In this document: piece after piece, positions 38,805-48,539 of the stretch
Layout of the letters: every line of letters begins with the position of its first letter
Position numbering within the stretch: position 1 is the stretch's first letter
Source of the DNA: Deinococcales bacterium
GTDB lineage: Bacteria; Deinococcota; Deinococci; Deinococcales; JAAFIG01
Length of the DNA stretch: 64,000 nucleotides
Direction of reading: 5' to 3'
Assembly: GCA_043778225.1 (NCBI GenBank)
Contig: JAYWGM010000094.1
Coordinates: 90,267 to 154,266 of the forward strand
Position numbers and translations under genes: made by a program
Notes under the pieces: generated by a model
What the model saw: the letters and a program-made list of their open reading frames with translations, nothing else
Database searches by the model: none
What the model was told of the DNA's origin: nothing

Positions 38805-39167
38805 TTAAGTTTTTTGTTTTTTCTCGCCCAGAACGTTACTGACCACCGAACTGGCAATCGAAAGCAGCACCGCCGCAATCACCGAAGCCAGAAAACCACC
38901 AGTCTCGAGGGTCGTCAGGGCTGCCACAATACTTAAAACAATGCCATTGACCACAAAGGCAAATAAGCCAAGCGTAACAATTGTAATCGGCAGCGCAAAC
39001 AGTTGCAAAATTGGTTGCAAGACTGCATTTGCGCCCCCCAAAACCATACCCGCGATTAAATACGAGGCTGCCCCACCGCGTTCAAACCAAATCAGGCTGG
39101 GGAAAATTGCACTGACAATCCAGAGGGCTAAAGTGTTGACCAGAATCCGCATGACTAGGTTTCTCAT
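38805..39167 (-). CDS. YvlD-like four-TM membrane protein (phage holin family)
   Basis: N..L.P.L....LP..I.TLGLF.FVVNG. Confidence 0.88.
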   Translation of the reverse strand: MRNLVMRILVNTLALWIVSAIFPSLIWFERGGAASYLIAGMVLGGANAVLQPILQLFALPITIVTLGLFAFVVNGIVLSIVAALTTLETGGFLASVIAAVLLSIASSVVSNVLGEKKQKT

Positions 39168-39592
39168 GATTTTTCCTTTCCAGCGCTTGGCATCATCAGC
39201 CAAGCCACCGCATATGCCGCAATACCAACGCCACCAAAGACCGAAAGCAGCACCGTAGCTGCTCGCACAAGATTGAGGTCGAGCTTATAATACTTGGCAA
39301 TACCAACACAGACCCCAGCCAAAAGGCGATTTTTAACGGGGCGCAACAAGCCATAAACCACAGGCAAAACCTCTGGCTCGAGGTTGGGCGGTACATCTGG
39401 CAGCATAAAAATCGCCACCAAGTACAGCAGTATTGTTAAACCAAATAATTGTGGCAGCAATGCTCCCGAGAGCAGTAAAAATAGCAGCACCGAACGCAAC
39501 AAAAGCGGAGAAACACCACTATACCACGCTAAACCACCGATTACGCCAGCAATCACGCGGTCTTGTTTGAATTTATACCAACGCTTGTTCAT
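39164..39592 (-). CDS. Tandem PspC-domain protein
   Basis: Two PspC motifs, DRVIAGVIGGLA and NRLLAGVCVGIA. Confidence 0.88.
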   Translation of the reverse strand: MNKRWYKFKQDRVIAGVIGGLAWYSGVSPLLLRSVLLFLLLSGALLPQLFGLTILLYLVAIFMLPDVPPNLEPEVLPVVYGLLRPVKNRLLAGVCVGIAKYYKLDLNLVRAATVLLSVFGGVGIAAYAVAWLMMPSAGKEKS

Positions 39593-39601
39593 GACTCTTG
39601 T

Positions 39602-39628
39602 TACGCGATAAATACAACTCGAGTTCCC
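39602..39628 (-). promoter_or_regulatory. ECF-type promoter candidate
   Basis: GGGAACT-N16-CGTA, 9 nt before the pspC-like ATG; no TANNNT at that position. Confidence 0.55.
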
Positions 39629-39633
39629 AAAAG

Positions 39634-40869
39634 CTAAGCATTGGCTAAACGTAGCATCGTCTGTGCCAGCACTTGTACCCCTCGGGCGATGTCTTCGGGG
39701 GCGGCATATTCATCTGGGCGATGCGAAACACCAGCGCGGCAGGGAATAAAAATCATTGCCATTGGTGCAATTCGTGCCATAAATAAAGAATCATGGTATG
39801 CCCTTGAGACCATCTCGAGGTGCGTGAAGCCTAGGTCTGTTACCGAGGCGCGAATCGCCTCGAGAATTTTAGGGTCAGATTGGGCTGGCGGGTCGCTGTT
39901 AATCATTTCGATTTCGGCTTTGATGTTGCGCTGTATTGCTACTTTTTGAATCGTTTTGATCACTTCTTGTACCACTTGGTCACGCCTCGAGCCGTCGGTG
40001 TCGCGGATGTCTATGCCCAAACGCACTTGGCTAGGAATGCTGTTAATCGCGCCCGGATGCACCTCGAGCAGACCCGTTGTTCCGACCGTATCCAGCGCCC
40101 CAGAACCAAGGCTGGCTTGCTCGACCGCCAGCGTAATTTCGGCGGCTGCCAGCAAGGCATCGCGCCGTCCGGGCATCAGCCGTGCGCCTGCATGACCACC
40201 TTCGCCAGTCAGGTGAACAAAAAAACTGGCTGGGGCAGCAATGGCGCTAACCACACCGATTTGCAAATCTTTTTGCTCGAGAAGCGGCGCTTGTTCAATG
40301 TGCAGTTCAACAAAAGCTGTATAATAATTGGCTGGCAAACGCACCGTCTCGAGTGGCGCAGTGTAGCCAACCGCTTCTCGGGCTGCCTCGAGACCGATGC
40401 CGTCCGAATCTTTTAAGGCTCGAACCTGCTCGAGTTCAATCGCCCCACTCAAAAGCCTCGAGCCAAGACAACCCAAACCAAAACGGGTCGGTTCTTCAGA
40501 CGTAAACATCAAGACTTCAAGGCTGCGCTTGTGGCTCAGCCCGCTTTTTTGAATGGCTCGCAGTGCCTCGAGACCACCCATCACGCCAACTGTGCCATCG
40601 TACCTTCCCGAAAACGGGATTGCATCGTTGTGCGAACCTGTGCCGATGGCGGGTAAATCTGGCAGTGTTCCCTCGAGCCGAATGAAGGTATTGCCAAGTG
40701 CATCTTCGCGGTACAACAAGCCCGCCTCAAGTGCTAAGCCTTTAAGCCATGCCCGAGCCTGCATATCTTGCTTTGTCCACAAGACCCGCGTCACGGCTGG
40801 GGCTGGCGCATCCGAGAAAGTGGCTAGTTGCTCGAGTTCGGCAGTCAGTTTTTCTAGGTCAATGTTCAT
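39634..40869 (-). CDS. M20 Zn/Mn hydrolase, probable ureidoglycolate amidohydrolase
   Basis: GSH.D, DG..G, EE..RF, ELHIEQ, GHAG, SRAYHDS. Confidence 0.85.
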   Translation of the reverse strand: MNIDLEKLTAELEQLATFSDAPAPAVTRVLWTKQDMQARAWLKGLALEAGLLYREDALGNTFIRLEGTLPDLPAIGTGSHNDAIPFSGRYDGTVGVMGGLEALRAIQKSGLSHKRSLEVLMFTSEEPTRFGLGCLGSRLLSGAIELEQVRALKDSDGIGLEAAREAVGYTAPLETVRLPANYYTAFVELHIEQAPLLEQKDLQIGVVSAIAAPASFFVHLTGEGGHAGARLMPGRRDALLAAAEITLAVEQASLGSGALDTVGTTGLLEVHPGAINSIPSQVRLGIDIRDTDGSRRDQVVQEVIKTIQKVAIQRNIKAEIEMINSDPPAQSDPKILEAIRASVTDLGFTHLEMVSRAYHDSLFMARIAPMAMIFIPCRAGVSHRPDEYAAPEDIARGVQVLAQTMLRLANA

Positions 40870-41129
40870 CTGTACACCTCACCGTCATTGCGTTTACCAA
40901 CTTTAATAATCAGAATGACCAAAACCTCTTTTTGAATGTCATAGACCACCCGATACTCGCCTTGGTCTAAACGAAAATACCTCGAGCCACGCATTTGCTC
41001 GGAGTCATGTGGGCGAGGATTTTGGGCTAACTCAAGAATTCGTCTTTGGATTTGAAGAAAGTGTTTTTCTGGTAAACGGGCTAAAAATTTTAAGGTTTTT
41101 TTGCCGATTTGCAGCTCATATAAAGTCAT
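40866..41129 (-). CDS. relE: RelE/ParE family toxin
   Basis: 87 aa, basic; NPRP, RL..GEYRVVY.I, VGKR...Y. Confidence 0.9.
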   Translation of the reverse strand: MTLYELQIGKKTLKFLARLPEKHFLQIQRRILELAQNPRPHDSEQMRGSRYFRLDQGEYRVVYDIQKEVLVILIIKVGKRNDGEVYR

Positions 41130-41383
41130 TCATTGACCTCGACTTCACCATTTTGGATGGCTTGTTTTCGGTACTCGGTCAGTTCAGAAAAAGCAACCCA
41201 GTCACTAGGCGCTGTTTCTCGCACAATGCGGTCAGCCTCGAGTCCGTCGAGGTAATCCTCGAAGGCAGCCACATCTTCATCGGGTAAACGTAACAAAACA
41301 AAACGTTCGCCTTGCAGCGAAGTTCCCATTTTAGCTTGCTCGAAAACTTGCTCAAGATTTGTCCCAGCCGCAATCACAGTCAT
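41126..41383 (-). CDS. Putative antitoxin
   Basis: Small acidic protein (FEDYLD) coupled to relE; TACAAT-N6-ATG. Confidence 0.75.
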   Translation of the reverse strand: MTVIAAGTNLEQVFEQAKMGTSLQGERFVLLRLPDEDVAAFEDYLDGLEADRIVRETAPSDWVAFSELTEYRKQAIQNGEVEVNE

Positions 41384-41432
41384 AAGGTCATTGTACGCTA
41401 ATCTTTTTACTCGAGCGAATGCCGATTCCATC

Positions 41433-42173
41433 TTACTCGAGCGAGTGCCGATTCCAATCTTTATAAATCAGATAACTCGAGGCTGTACTGCCCAGCGCCC
41501 CAAACCATTGTGGGCAGAAGGCTGCCATATAGATTACGTCGTTGCTTTGCACCGGATACCAGTCGTCGCCAAGACGGTAAATACCACCACCCGAAAGCAT
41601 CAAAAGCCCGTGTTCCATCACATGGGTCTCGACCAGACTGAGGTGTGCGCCTGACTCGAAGTTCATGATGTTGACTGCAAAATCAAAACTTGGCTCGTCG
41701 GGCAACAAAGTTTGTACCAGCACCCGTGGGTCGTTCAGCACAGGATTTTTAGCCAAGGCTCGAGCATCGGCAATGATTGGCTCGGGGATTTTGGTATTGG
41801 CAATGATGTTGTACGGCTTTTCAAAAACCACGGCTCGCCCGCCATTTTTACTTTCTAAATTGTAATCGGCAGTTGGCGGCAAAAAAGCATAATGACCAAC
41901 TTTTAGCGTATTTTTCTTTTTAGCAATTCTCAGCGAAAATTCGCCCTCGAGAACATAAATTAGGCTCGAGCAACCATCGAGGGCTGGTGCGAAACTCGAA
42001 TTTTTTTGTGCCTCGAGCGTCAGCATCGTAAAGCCAGCCCCAAGCATTGGGTTGATATGCACCACCCGAGTGCCGCCGATGTCGCCCGGAAAAGGCGCAC
42101 GAATAAACGAATCTGGGGTCTGGAGGGCGTGATTGCGCTTGACACTGGTGCGGGTAAAACCAAAATGCTGCAT
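41433..42173 (-). CDS. allE: (S)-ureidoglycine aminohydrolase (bicupin)
   Basis: ETHVMEHGL..L.G.G.YRL, M..FCPQW, YL.YKD.NR. Confidence 0.92.
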   Translation of the reverse strand: MQHFGFTRTSVKRNHALQTPDSFIRAPFPGDIGGTRVVHINPMLGAGFTMLTLEAQKNSSFAPALDGCSSLIYVLEGEFSLRIAKKKNTLKVGHYAFLPPTADYNLESKNGGRAVVFEKPYNIIANTKIPEPIIADARALAKNPVLNDPRVLVQTLLPDEPSFDFAVNIMNFESGAHLSLVETHVMEHGLLMLSGGGIYRLGDDWYPVQSNDVIYMAAFCPQWFGALGSTASSYLIYKDWNRHSLE

Positions 42174-42202
42174 AGGGTATTCTAACCGAAATTTTTGGTA
42201 AC

Positions 42203-42258
42203 ACCCTCTCCCCGTTGCTCGTAAACTCGCAACAAGCCTAGGCGAGTTGGGAGAGGGT
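42203..42258. repeat. Intergenic palindrome
   Basis: ACCCTCTCCC...GGGAGAGGGT with inner AACTCGC/GCGAGTT. Confidence 0.6.
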
Positions 42259-42306
42259 ACAGCGCACAATTCAACATTCTCTAGACTTTGGCTGTAGACT
42301 GGCTTT

Positions 42307-43332
42307 GTGCTGAAAGGCTTTTTAGATGCTGTCTTTAACCTTACCGACCCGCGCCCCAATTATGTCGGCGAGCGTTGCTTACTCGAGAAAAACGTGGTCG
42401 GTGGCTGTGATAAATGTATGCAGGCGTGTCCTCACGAAGCCATCAGCTTAGGTTTTCGCCCAGAGCTTTCTGAGGCGTGTACAGGTTGTGGTTTATGTGT
42501 CCAAGTCTGCCCAAGTGCGGCGCTCGAGTACGATATTCTTAAACCCTTAACGAGCCTCAAAGCCCAAGGCACAACCCATGCTCGAGCCACCAGCACCGAG
42601 CGTCTGCCGTGCAATCTCAAATGCAGCAAAGTGGCTGGCGAAAGCGCCACGATAGATTGCCTTGGGCGCGTCACCCCCGCCATGATTCTGGCTTCAAGTG
42701 CTTGGGGGCAAGATTTAACCTTATTGCGTGGCGATTGCCAAACCTGCAAACTGGGTGGACCGACTGTCCCCGAGAGTTTAGAAAATGTGATTGCGATTGC
42801 TAGAGAGTACAAAAAACACCTCGAGCAACCCGAAATCAGTGTGGCGGTGCTGGTCAGTAGCACCGATTCTGCACCGCGCACTGAAGCTGCTCCAGCCGTC
42901 TCGAGGCGTGGCGCGATGCAAGCCCTCGCCCGCAACACCCGCGACGGCACAGTGCGAATGATTCCCGAAAAAATGATTCCGGGGGTGGACACCAAACTCC
43001 AAGCGCCAAGGATCCCCGAAGAATGGGTTTGGCGCAAAAAAGCCCTGCGCCCAACTCCAAGCCCCGAAGCGCTGCAATACTGGGTGATTCCAAGTATCAA
43101 CGAGGATTGTATTTTTTGTCCAGTCTGCCAAAATGTCTGCCCGACCGAGGCGATAAAACGCGAGCGCGAAATAGACGGGATGTGGAAAATCAACCTCGAG
43201 ACTGCCGCCTGTACAGGTTGTAATGCTTGTGTGGTCAGTTGTCCGCCAAGCGCCATGAAACTCGAGCCAGAAATTCCATTCGAGCAACTCGAGCGAATTT
43301 TGTTGTTGCGCGAGGGTGACGGTTACACTTAA
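42307..43332 (+). CDS. Polyferredoxin (several 4Fe-4S motifs)
   Basis: Four CxxCxxxCP-type motifs, two near each end. Confidence 0.9.
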   Translation: MLKGFLDAVFNLTDPRPNYVGERCLLEKNVVGGCDKCMQACPHEAISLGFRPELSEACTGCGLCVQVCPSAALEYDILKPLTSLKAQGTTHARATSTERLPCNLKCSKVAGESATIDCLGRVTPAMILASSAWGQDLTLLRGDCQTCKLGGPTVPESLENVIAIAREYKKHLEQPEISVAVLVSSTDSAPRTEAAPAVSRRGAMQALARNTRDGTVRMIPEKMIPGVDTKLQAPRIPEEWVWRKKALRPTPSPEALQYWVIPSINEDCIFCPVCQNVCPTEAIKREREIDGMWKINLETAACTGCNACVVSCPPSAMKLEPEIPFEQLERILLLREGDGYT

Positions 43333-43341
43333 ACTACAACC

Positions 43342-43743
43342 ATGACCGCTTTAGAGACCATTCATAACTACTATGCCGCTTTCAACCGCCAAGATGTGAC
43401 GGCAATGCTTGGCTTACTTGCCGAAGACGTGCTGCATGAAATTTCGCAAGGTGGTGCAGAGCGCGGCAAAGACGACTTTCGGGTTTTTCTCGAGCATATG
43501 AATGTCTGTTATGCCGAACAGGTTTTTGAACTCGAGGTGATGGTTTCAAGTACAACTCGGGCGGCGGCAGAATTTAGGCTCGAGGGGACATACTTAAAAA
43601 CCGATGCTGGTTTCCCAGAAGCTCACGGACAAAAATATACCCTTCAGGTTGGGGCTTTTTTTGAATTGCAAAACGGTTTCATTACTCGAGTCAGCAACCA
43701 TTACAACCTCAAATCTTGGCTCGAGCAGGTTGGAAGGTCTTGA
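43342..43743 (+). CDS. Ketosteroid isomerase-related / SnoaL-like (NTF2 fold) protein
   Basis: YY.AFN..D..ML..L..DV.H, RAAAEF...G.YL.TD, I.RV.N.YN. Confidence 0.88.
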   Translation: MTALETIHNYYAAFNRQDVTAMLGLLAEDVLHEISQGGAERGKDDFRVFLEHMNVCYAEQVFELEVMVSSTTRAAAEFRLEGTYLKTDAGFPEAHGQKYTLQVGAFFELQNGFITRVSNHYNLKSWLEQVGRS

Positions 43744-43816
43744 AGCCCAATAAACAAGTTTATCTCGAGTACGACGATAGTTCAGTCTGATTCCGTGATT
43801 AAGCCAAGGGCTGGGG

Positions 43817-44419
43817 TTACAACTCGAGATTCGGATCGGGAAGTAGTGGCTCAATCGTCCCATATAAGGTATCAAATTTGAGAGTGACGGCTGCCTGACG
43901 TTTTTTATGATTATTGAACAAAATATCATGAAAATATTCTTCTAATGAATCTGCAATTTTTGCAGATGTTTCAGCAAATGATTCTCCCCAAGTATGGTCA
44001 AACATATACACCTGACCCTGTGGAGTCAGACAGTCAACATAATCGTAATAGTTTCCATCACCTTCAAACCGAATTTTCCCAAATTCCCAGAAACTTTCTT
44101 GACGAGTTCTTTCGGAATGTTGCACAATATCAAAAGCATAACGCTCTGTGCGAAAAATAGCTCCTTGACGTGTTATTCTTTGTGATTCAACAATCATACT
44201 TATTAAGTTTTCATGTTTTTCTCTGGTACTTTCATTTGGTATACCTATGAAACCTGAAAGAACATCTGGACTCCCATTCCCTATTTCTAGTAATACCCTT
44301 TTTAATACTATTGGCAAGGAAAATCCTAGTAGCTCTTCCGCTTCATTGATTTCAGCAGGAGTTGCGGGTGGACACCAAGGAAATCGTCTTTTGAGTTCAG
44401 AAAAAATTATTTTATCCAT
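43817..44419 (-). CDS. SMI1/KNR4 (SUKH) family protein
   Basis: PAT..EI..AE..LG..LP......L....NG; G.VY..DH; IADSLEEYF; AT-rich. Confidence 0.85.
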   Translation of the reverse strand: MDKIIFSELKRRFPWCPPATPAEINEAEELLGFSLPIVLKRVLLEIGNGSPDVLSGFIGIPNESTREKHENLISMIVESQRITRQGAIFRTERYAFDIVQHSERTRQESFWEFGKIRFEGDGNYYDYVDCLTPQGQVYMFDHTWGESFAETSAKIADSLEEYFHDILFNNHKKRQAAVTLKFDTLYGTIEPLLPDPNLEL

Positions 44420-44443
44420 TTGAGCGAATTATACGGGTATTGT

Positions 44444-46225
44444 TTAGCTTTGCTCATCCGCCCAGAGCCGCCGCATTTCGCTTGACGTAGCCAGCAATTC
44501 CTCGAGTGAACCCATGCCAGAAATCCGCCCATTCTCGAGCAAAATAATTCTTGTGGCGCGTTGCAGTGCTGGGCGGCGATGTGAAACCACCAAACAAGTT
44601 TTGCCGAGGCTCGAGACACGTTCCCAAAGCGTTTGTTCGGTGCGTACATCCAGCGCACTAGAAATATCATCGAAAACCAGTAGACTCGAGTTCTGGGCAA
44701 ACATCCGAGCGGCGGCGGTACGTTGAAGCTGCCCGCCCGATAGTTTAAGCCCGCGCACGCCGACGAGGGTATCGAGGGCGTGTGGCAATTGCTCGAGGTC
44801 GGTTTCTAGCACAGCATTTTGAATCGCAGTTTTCAGGTCGTGGTTTGTGCCAAGCGAAATGTTTTCGTGTACTGTTCCACTGATTAAGGCTGGGACTTGT
44901 GGTGTGTAAGCACTGCGTGGTGGGACAAAAAATTCGGCTGGCTCGAGAATAAGTTTGTCATTCCAGAACAGTTGACCAGACTGGGCTGGCAGTAAACCCA
45001 GCAATGCCCGAAGCAGTGTGGTTTTGCCACTGCCGATGCGTCCGGTAATCACCACGAATTCGCCTTGCTTGAGGGTCAGATTGGCGTTTTGTATGCCTCG
45101 ACCTGAATCTGGGTGTAAGTAGGTTAAGTTCTGAGCAGTCAGGGTCTTTAGGTCATCGTTTGCTTGGCGTATCACTGGCTCGAGTGGGGCTGGGTCACGG
45201 CGCAGTTCGATGTGTTGGCTGGCAACCAAAGCGGATGCGGATGAACCTTGCATAATGCCCAGCATCCTGCCAAATGCCACTCCAGCCCGTTGTACCGTTG
45301 CCATGAAATTGCCAAAGAATTCGGTGTGATGCCCAATTTCCCACAAGTACAGCACAAATAAACTAAATTCGCCCACCGTAAATTCGCCCGAACGCATTTT
45401 GCCACCCACCAGCAGCAGAATTAAGCCAGTACCCAGTGCCACAATGTTACTCGAGAAAACCGTCAGGGCTTGGTTCAGGGCTACGTTTCGCAGCATCGCT
45501 TGTTGCCGATTCTTAGAACGAAGCTCGAGTTGACCTAGAATCGTTTTTTCTGCGCCAGCCACTTGAATCGCTTGGACACTCTGGAAAATTTCGCCAAGCA
45601 GTGAAGTGTAAAAACTGCTTTTTTCTCGAGCCACTTTTTGCAATTTCTCGAGCCGATGCCGTGCTTGGTAACTGATGATCGTGACTGCCACCAGTGGCAA
45701 AAAAACATAAAGGGTCAAAGCTGCATCTATAAAAAGCAAAATGCTAATCGCAATAATCATGTACATTGTTTGCCCAATAATATCCAACGTCCAGTCGCCC
45801 GCATTTTCGGCTTCGTCGGCATCATCGCGCAGGGTATTGAGGGCTTCGCCAACCGTGCTGTTATAGGCTTTTGCCCCCGGCATGGCTAAAATTCGCTGCA
45901 TGATATTTAAGCGCAACACGCCACCCGAGCGAAAACGCCACGGGATATTGGTGGCAATTCCTGCAAAAAGCGTCATCACTTGCAACACCCCAAAAACCAG
46001 CACCAACGCCACCAGCATTTGTACTGTGTAGGGGATTCCATTCCAAATCGGGTTTTCTTTTTGCAGCGCATCAAAAAAAAGTTTGGAAACGTAACCCGGC
46101 ACAAGCGGCAAGGTGTAGATGCCAACCCAGAACACCACATTAAGCGCATACCATCCCTTGGAAAAAGCAATTAAACGCCCGAGGTAGAACCAGACCGAAG
46201 CAGGAGAAGTAGCTGAGGAATTCAT
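44444..46225 (-). CDS. ABC exporter half-transporter (TMD + NBD)
   Basis: Six TM helices, GRIGSGKTT, LSGGQ, VFDD. Confidence 0.93.
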   Translation of the reverse strand: MNSSATSPASVWFYLGRLIAFSKGWYALNVVFWVGIYTLPLVPGYVSKLFFDALQKENPIWNGIPYTVQMLVALVLVFGVLQVMTLFAGIATNIPWRFRSGGVLRLNIMQRILAMPGAKAYNSTVGEALNTLRDDADEAENAGDWTLDIIGQTMYMIIAISILLFIDAALTLYVFLPLVAVTIISYQARHRLEKLQKVAREKSSFYTSLLGEIFQSVQAIQVAGAEKTILGQLELRSKNRQQAMLRNVALNQALTVFSSNIVALGTGLILLLVGGKMRSGEFTVGEFSLFVLYLWEIGHHTEFFGNFMATVQRAGVAFGRMLGIMQGSSASALVASQHIELRRDPAPLEPVIRQANDDLKTLTAQNLTYLHPDSGRGIQNANLTLKQGEFVVITGRIGSGKTTLLRALLGLLPAQSGQLFWNDKLILEPAEFFVPPRSAYTPQVPALISGTVHENISLGTNHDLKTAIQNAVLETDLEQLPHALDTLVGVRGLKLSGGQLQRTAAARMFAQNSSLLVFDDISSALDVRTEQTLWERVSSLGKTCLVVSHRRPALQRATRIILLENGRISGMGSLEELLATSSEMRRLWADEQS

Positions 46226-46242
46226 ACAGGACTCCTTTGGAG

Positions 46243-46328
46243 AGGGTAAAAAGGTGAAAGGTAAAAAAGGTCAAAAGTAAAGCCAGACCTTTTAACCTTT
46301 TGTCCTTTTGCCCTTTTTACCTTGCCCT
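46243..46328. repeat. Short degenerate AAAAGGT repeats followed by their complement
   Basis: Purine-rich 7-9-nt units, then CCTTTT units, forming an imperfect hairpin. Confidence 0.7.
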
Positions 46329-48068
46329 TCACACCATCACCGTTTCCAGTCCGACACGGCGCAATTCGGCGAAACTCGAGCTTGGGTTGTTGGTCAGGTC
46401 TTGTCGCTTGCCAAACTCAAGAATTTTGCCTTGTTGCAATATCAAAATATGGCTGGCGCGTTCAACGGTTTTTAGGCGGTGAGCAATAATAATTGCGGTG
46501 CGGTTCTCGAGCAGTTTATCGAGCGCGGTCTCGAGGCGGTGTTCGGTGGCTGGGTCAAGGCGGGCGGAGGCTTCGTCAAGAATAATCAGTTTGGGGTCGC
46601 GCAGGAAGGCTCGAGACAGCGCCACAAGCTGGGCTTCGCCCGAGGACAGAGAATCGGCAGTCAGAGGCGTTTCTAAGCCGTTTGGTAAGGCGGTGTACCA
46701 ATCGGATAGTCCAAGGGTGTGCAGTGCCTCGAGCAACTTGGTGTCCGAGATGCTGGTATCAAAAAAAGTCAGGTTATCGCGCAGACTGGCTTGGAAGAGT
46801 TGGACATCTTGGGTCACAAGCGCAATACCTGTTCTAAAAGACTCGAGTTGGTATTTTTTGAGGTCGTGACCGCCAATTTTAATTGTGCCGCTTTGTGGGT
46901 CATAAAACCTAAACAAAAGCCTTGCCAATGTGGTTTTTCCACTGCCAGTACGCCCGAGCAAGCCAAGAATGCTGCCAGACTCGAGTTGCAAACTGATGTT
47001 CTCGAGGACTTGTACATTGTCTTCGTAAGCAAAAGAAACTTTTTCCAGATTAACAGCTAAACCACGTGGCGCATTTGGTAACTCGAGTGTGCCATTTTGG
47101 ACATTGGGCGTAAAGTCAAACAATTCTTTAACCCGAGCAATACTGGCTTCAGCGCGTTGTAATTCCTGCATATGATGCCGAAAATTCTCGATGGGTTGCG
47201 CCACCATCCAAGCGTAGTGCATCAGCATATAGACCGCGCCAAGGCTCAGCACACCTTCACGGTACAGGCTCGAGCCAAAGCCGTAGGTCAGGGCATCGGC
47301 AGTTACCCAAAAGATGGTGCTTGCGCCCCAGACAATACTGCCTTTGAGGTTGGCGGTAAAACGCACTTGGAAAAGCGCCCGCATCTCGAGCCTCATGCGG
47401 CGCATTGCCCAAGCGACCGCACCATTGCCGCGAATATCCTCGGTGGCGTTTAAGACCTCGCCCATAAAACCATAAAACTGCGCGGCTTTTTCGCGCTCTT
47501 GTTGCCACGCATTGGCGAACCTCGAGGTCAGGGTTAAAAGGATGATGCCAAAAATCGAATAGACCGTAAATGCCGCCCCAAGCCGCCAATCTTGAATCGT
47601 TAGGGCAACCAGCACCCCAAGCAGCAATAAAAAATTCCCACCAAGGCTGACCACAAAACTCGAGAAGAAACCCGACAAAGCATTAACATCGCCATCTATG
47701 CGTTCAATCATCTCGCCAGGTGGTCTGGACTTATGAAAACCCATGCCCAAATTTAAGGAATGCGCCGCTAAATCGGCACGTAAGGCATTGGTGGCTTGCC
47801 ACGCGACTTCGTTGGAAATATAAGCCGCCAACGCCCGAAAGCCACTCGAGACCAGCGCCGCCACAATAAAAAGCACGGCTAGTAAAGTCAGGTTGCTCGA
47901 GTCAGCCGCATTTTGGGTCGCATCCACGAAGCGCCGTGCAATTTGTGGGTTAAGAATTTGTAGCCCTATCCCAAGCAGTAAAAATAAGCTCATCCACGCG
48001 ACTCGAGAACCCTGCGGAATCAGATAGCGCCGCAGGAGAATCCAGAATTGCGCGATTGGCAGCTTCAT
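46329..48068 (-). CDS. ABC exporter half-transporter (partner subunit)
   Basis: Six TM helices, GRTGSGKTT, LSSGEAQ, ILDEA. Confidence 0.93.
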   Translation of the reverse strand: MKLPIAQFWILLRRYLIPQGSRVAWMSLFLLLGIGLQILNPQIARRFVDATQNAADSSNLTLLAVLFIVAALVSSGFRALAAYISNEVAWQATNALRADLAAHSLNLGMGFHKSRPPGEMIERIDGDVNALSGFFSSFVVSLGGNFLLLLGVLVALTIQDWRLGAAFTVYSIFGIILLTLTSRFANAWQQEREKAAQFYGFMGEVLNATEDIRGNGAVAWAMRRMRLEMRALFQVRFTANLKGSIVWGASTIFWVTADALTYGFGSSLYREGVLSLGAVYMLMHYAWMVAQPIENFRHHMQELQRAEASIARVKELFDFTPNVQNGTLELPNAPRGLAVNLEKVSFAYEDNVQVLENISLQLESGSILGLLGRTGSGKTTLARLLFRFYDPQSGTIKIGGHDLKKYQLESFRTGIALVTQDVQLFQASLRDNLTFFDTSISDTKLLEALHTLGLSDWYTALPNGLETPLTADSLSSGEAQLVALSRAFLRDPKLIILDEASARLDPATEHRLETALDKLLENRTAIIIAHRLKTVERASHILILQQGKILEFGKRQDLTNNPSSSFAELRRVGLETVMV

Positions 48069-48110
48069 GGGTGGCAGTTTAACGAGTTCTCGAGGCTGGC
48101 TGCCTCAGCT

Positions 48111-48539
48111 TTATGGCGTAGTTGCTGCAAGCAACAACGAATCGGCAGGAACAGCAAAAAGCCGTTCGACCCGCAATGCCAATTTTTTACTTATCAGTCG
48201 CTCACCGCGCAGAATACGGCTTAAATGACCCTGATTAACCTCGAGTTGAGCGGCAAATGCTTCTTGGGTTAAATCTTGCGCCTCGGCAAGCGCCCGCAGC
48301 AATTCAAAGCCCGCGATTGGCGACTGAGCCAATTCATCGTGTGCCACTTCCCAATGATGAACGTATTGAGCGGCTAAACGCCACAGACCCTGAAAAGGTT
48401 CGGTTGAAACATCATATTGACGCATCAAATCGCGCATAAATGAAAGCATCTCGAGGTACTGCGCTTCGGTTTGGATTGGGTGTAATTGCGCTTGGTACAA
48501 GGCTTCCCAGTTTTTGGTAATCGTCTCGAGTTGCATCAT
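48111..48539 (-). CDS. higA: HigA antitoxin (C-terminal HTH)
   Basis: PIQTEAQY, LTQ..FA..L...QGHLSRIL.GER.IS. Confidence 0.88.
   Translation of the reverse strand: MMQLETITKNWEALYQAQLHPIQTEAQYLEMLSFMRDLMRQYDVSTEPFQGLWRLAAQYVHHWEVAHDELAQSPIAGFELLRALAEAQDLTQEAFAAQLEVNQGHLSRILRGERLISKKLALRVERLFAVPADSLLLAATTP

Noticed and set aside
38805..39167. Prophage inferred from a holin-family gene
   Set aside because: YvlD-type protein in a PspC operon; no phage genes nearby
42432..43256. 274-aa minus-strand ORF
   Set aside because: Antisense shadow of the polyferredoxin with no recognisable motifs
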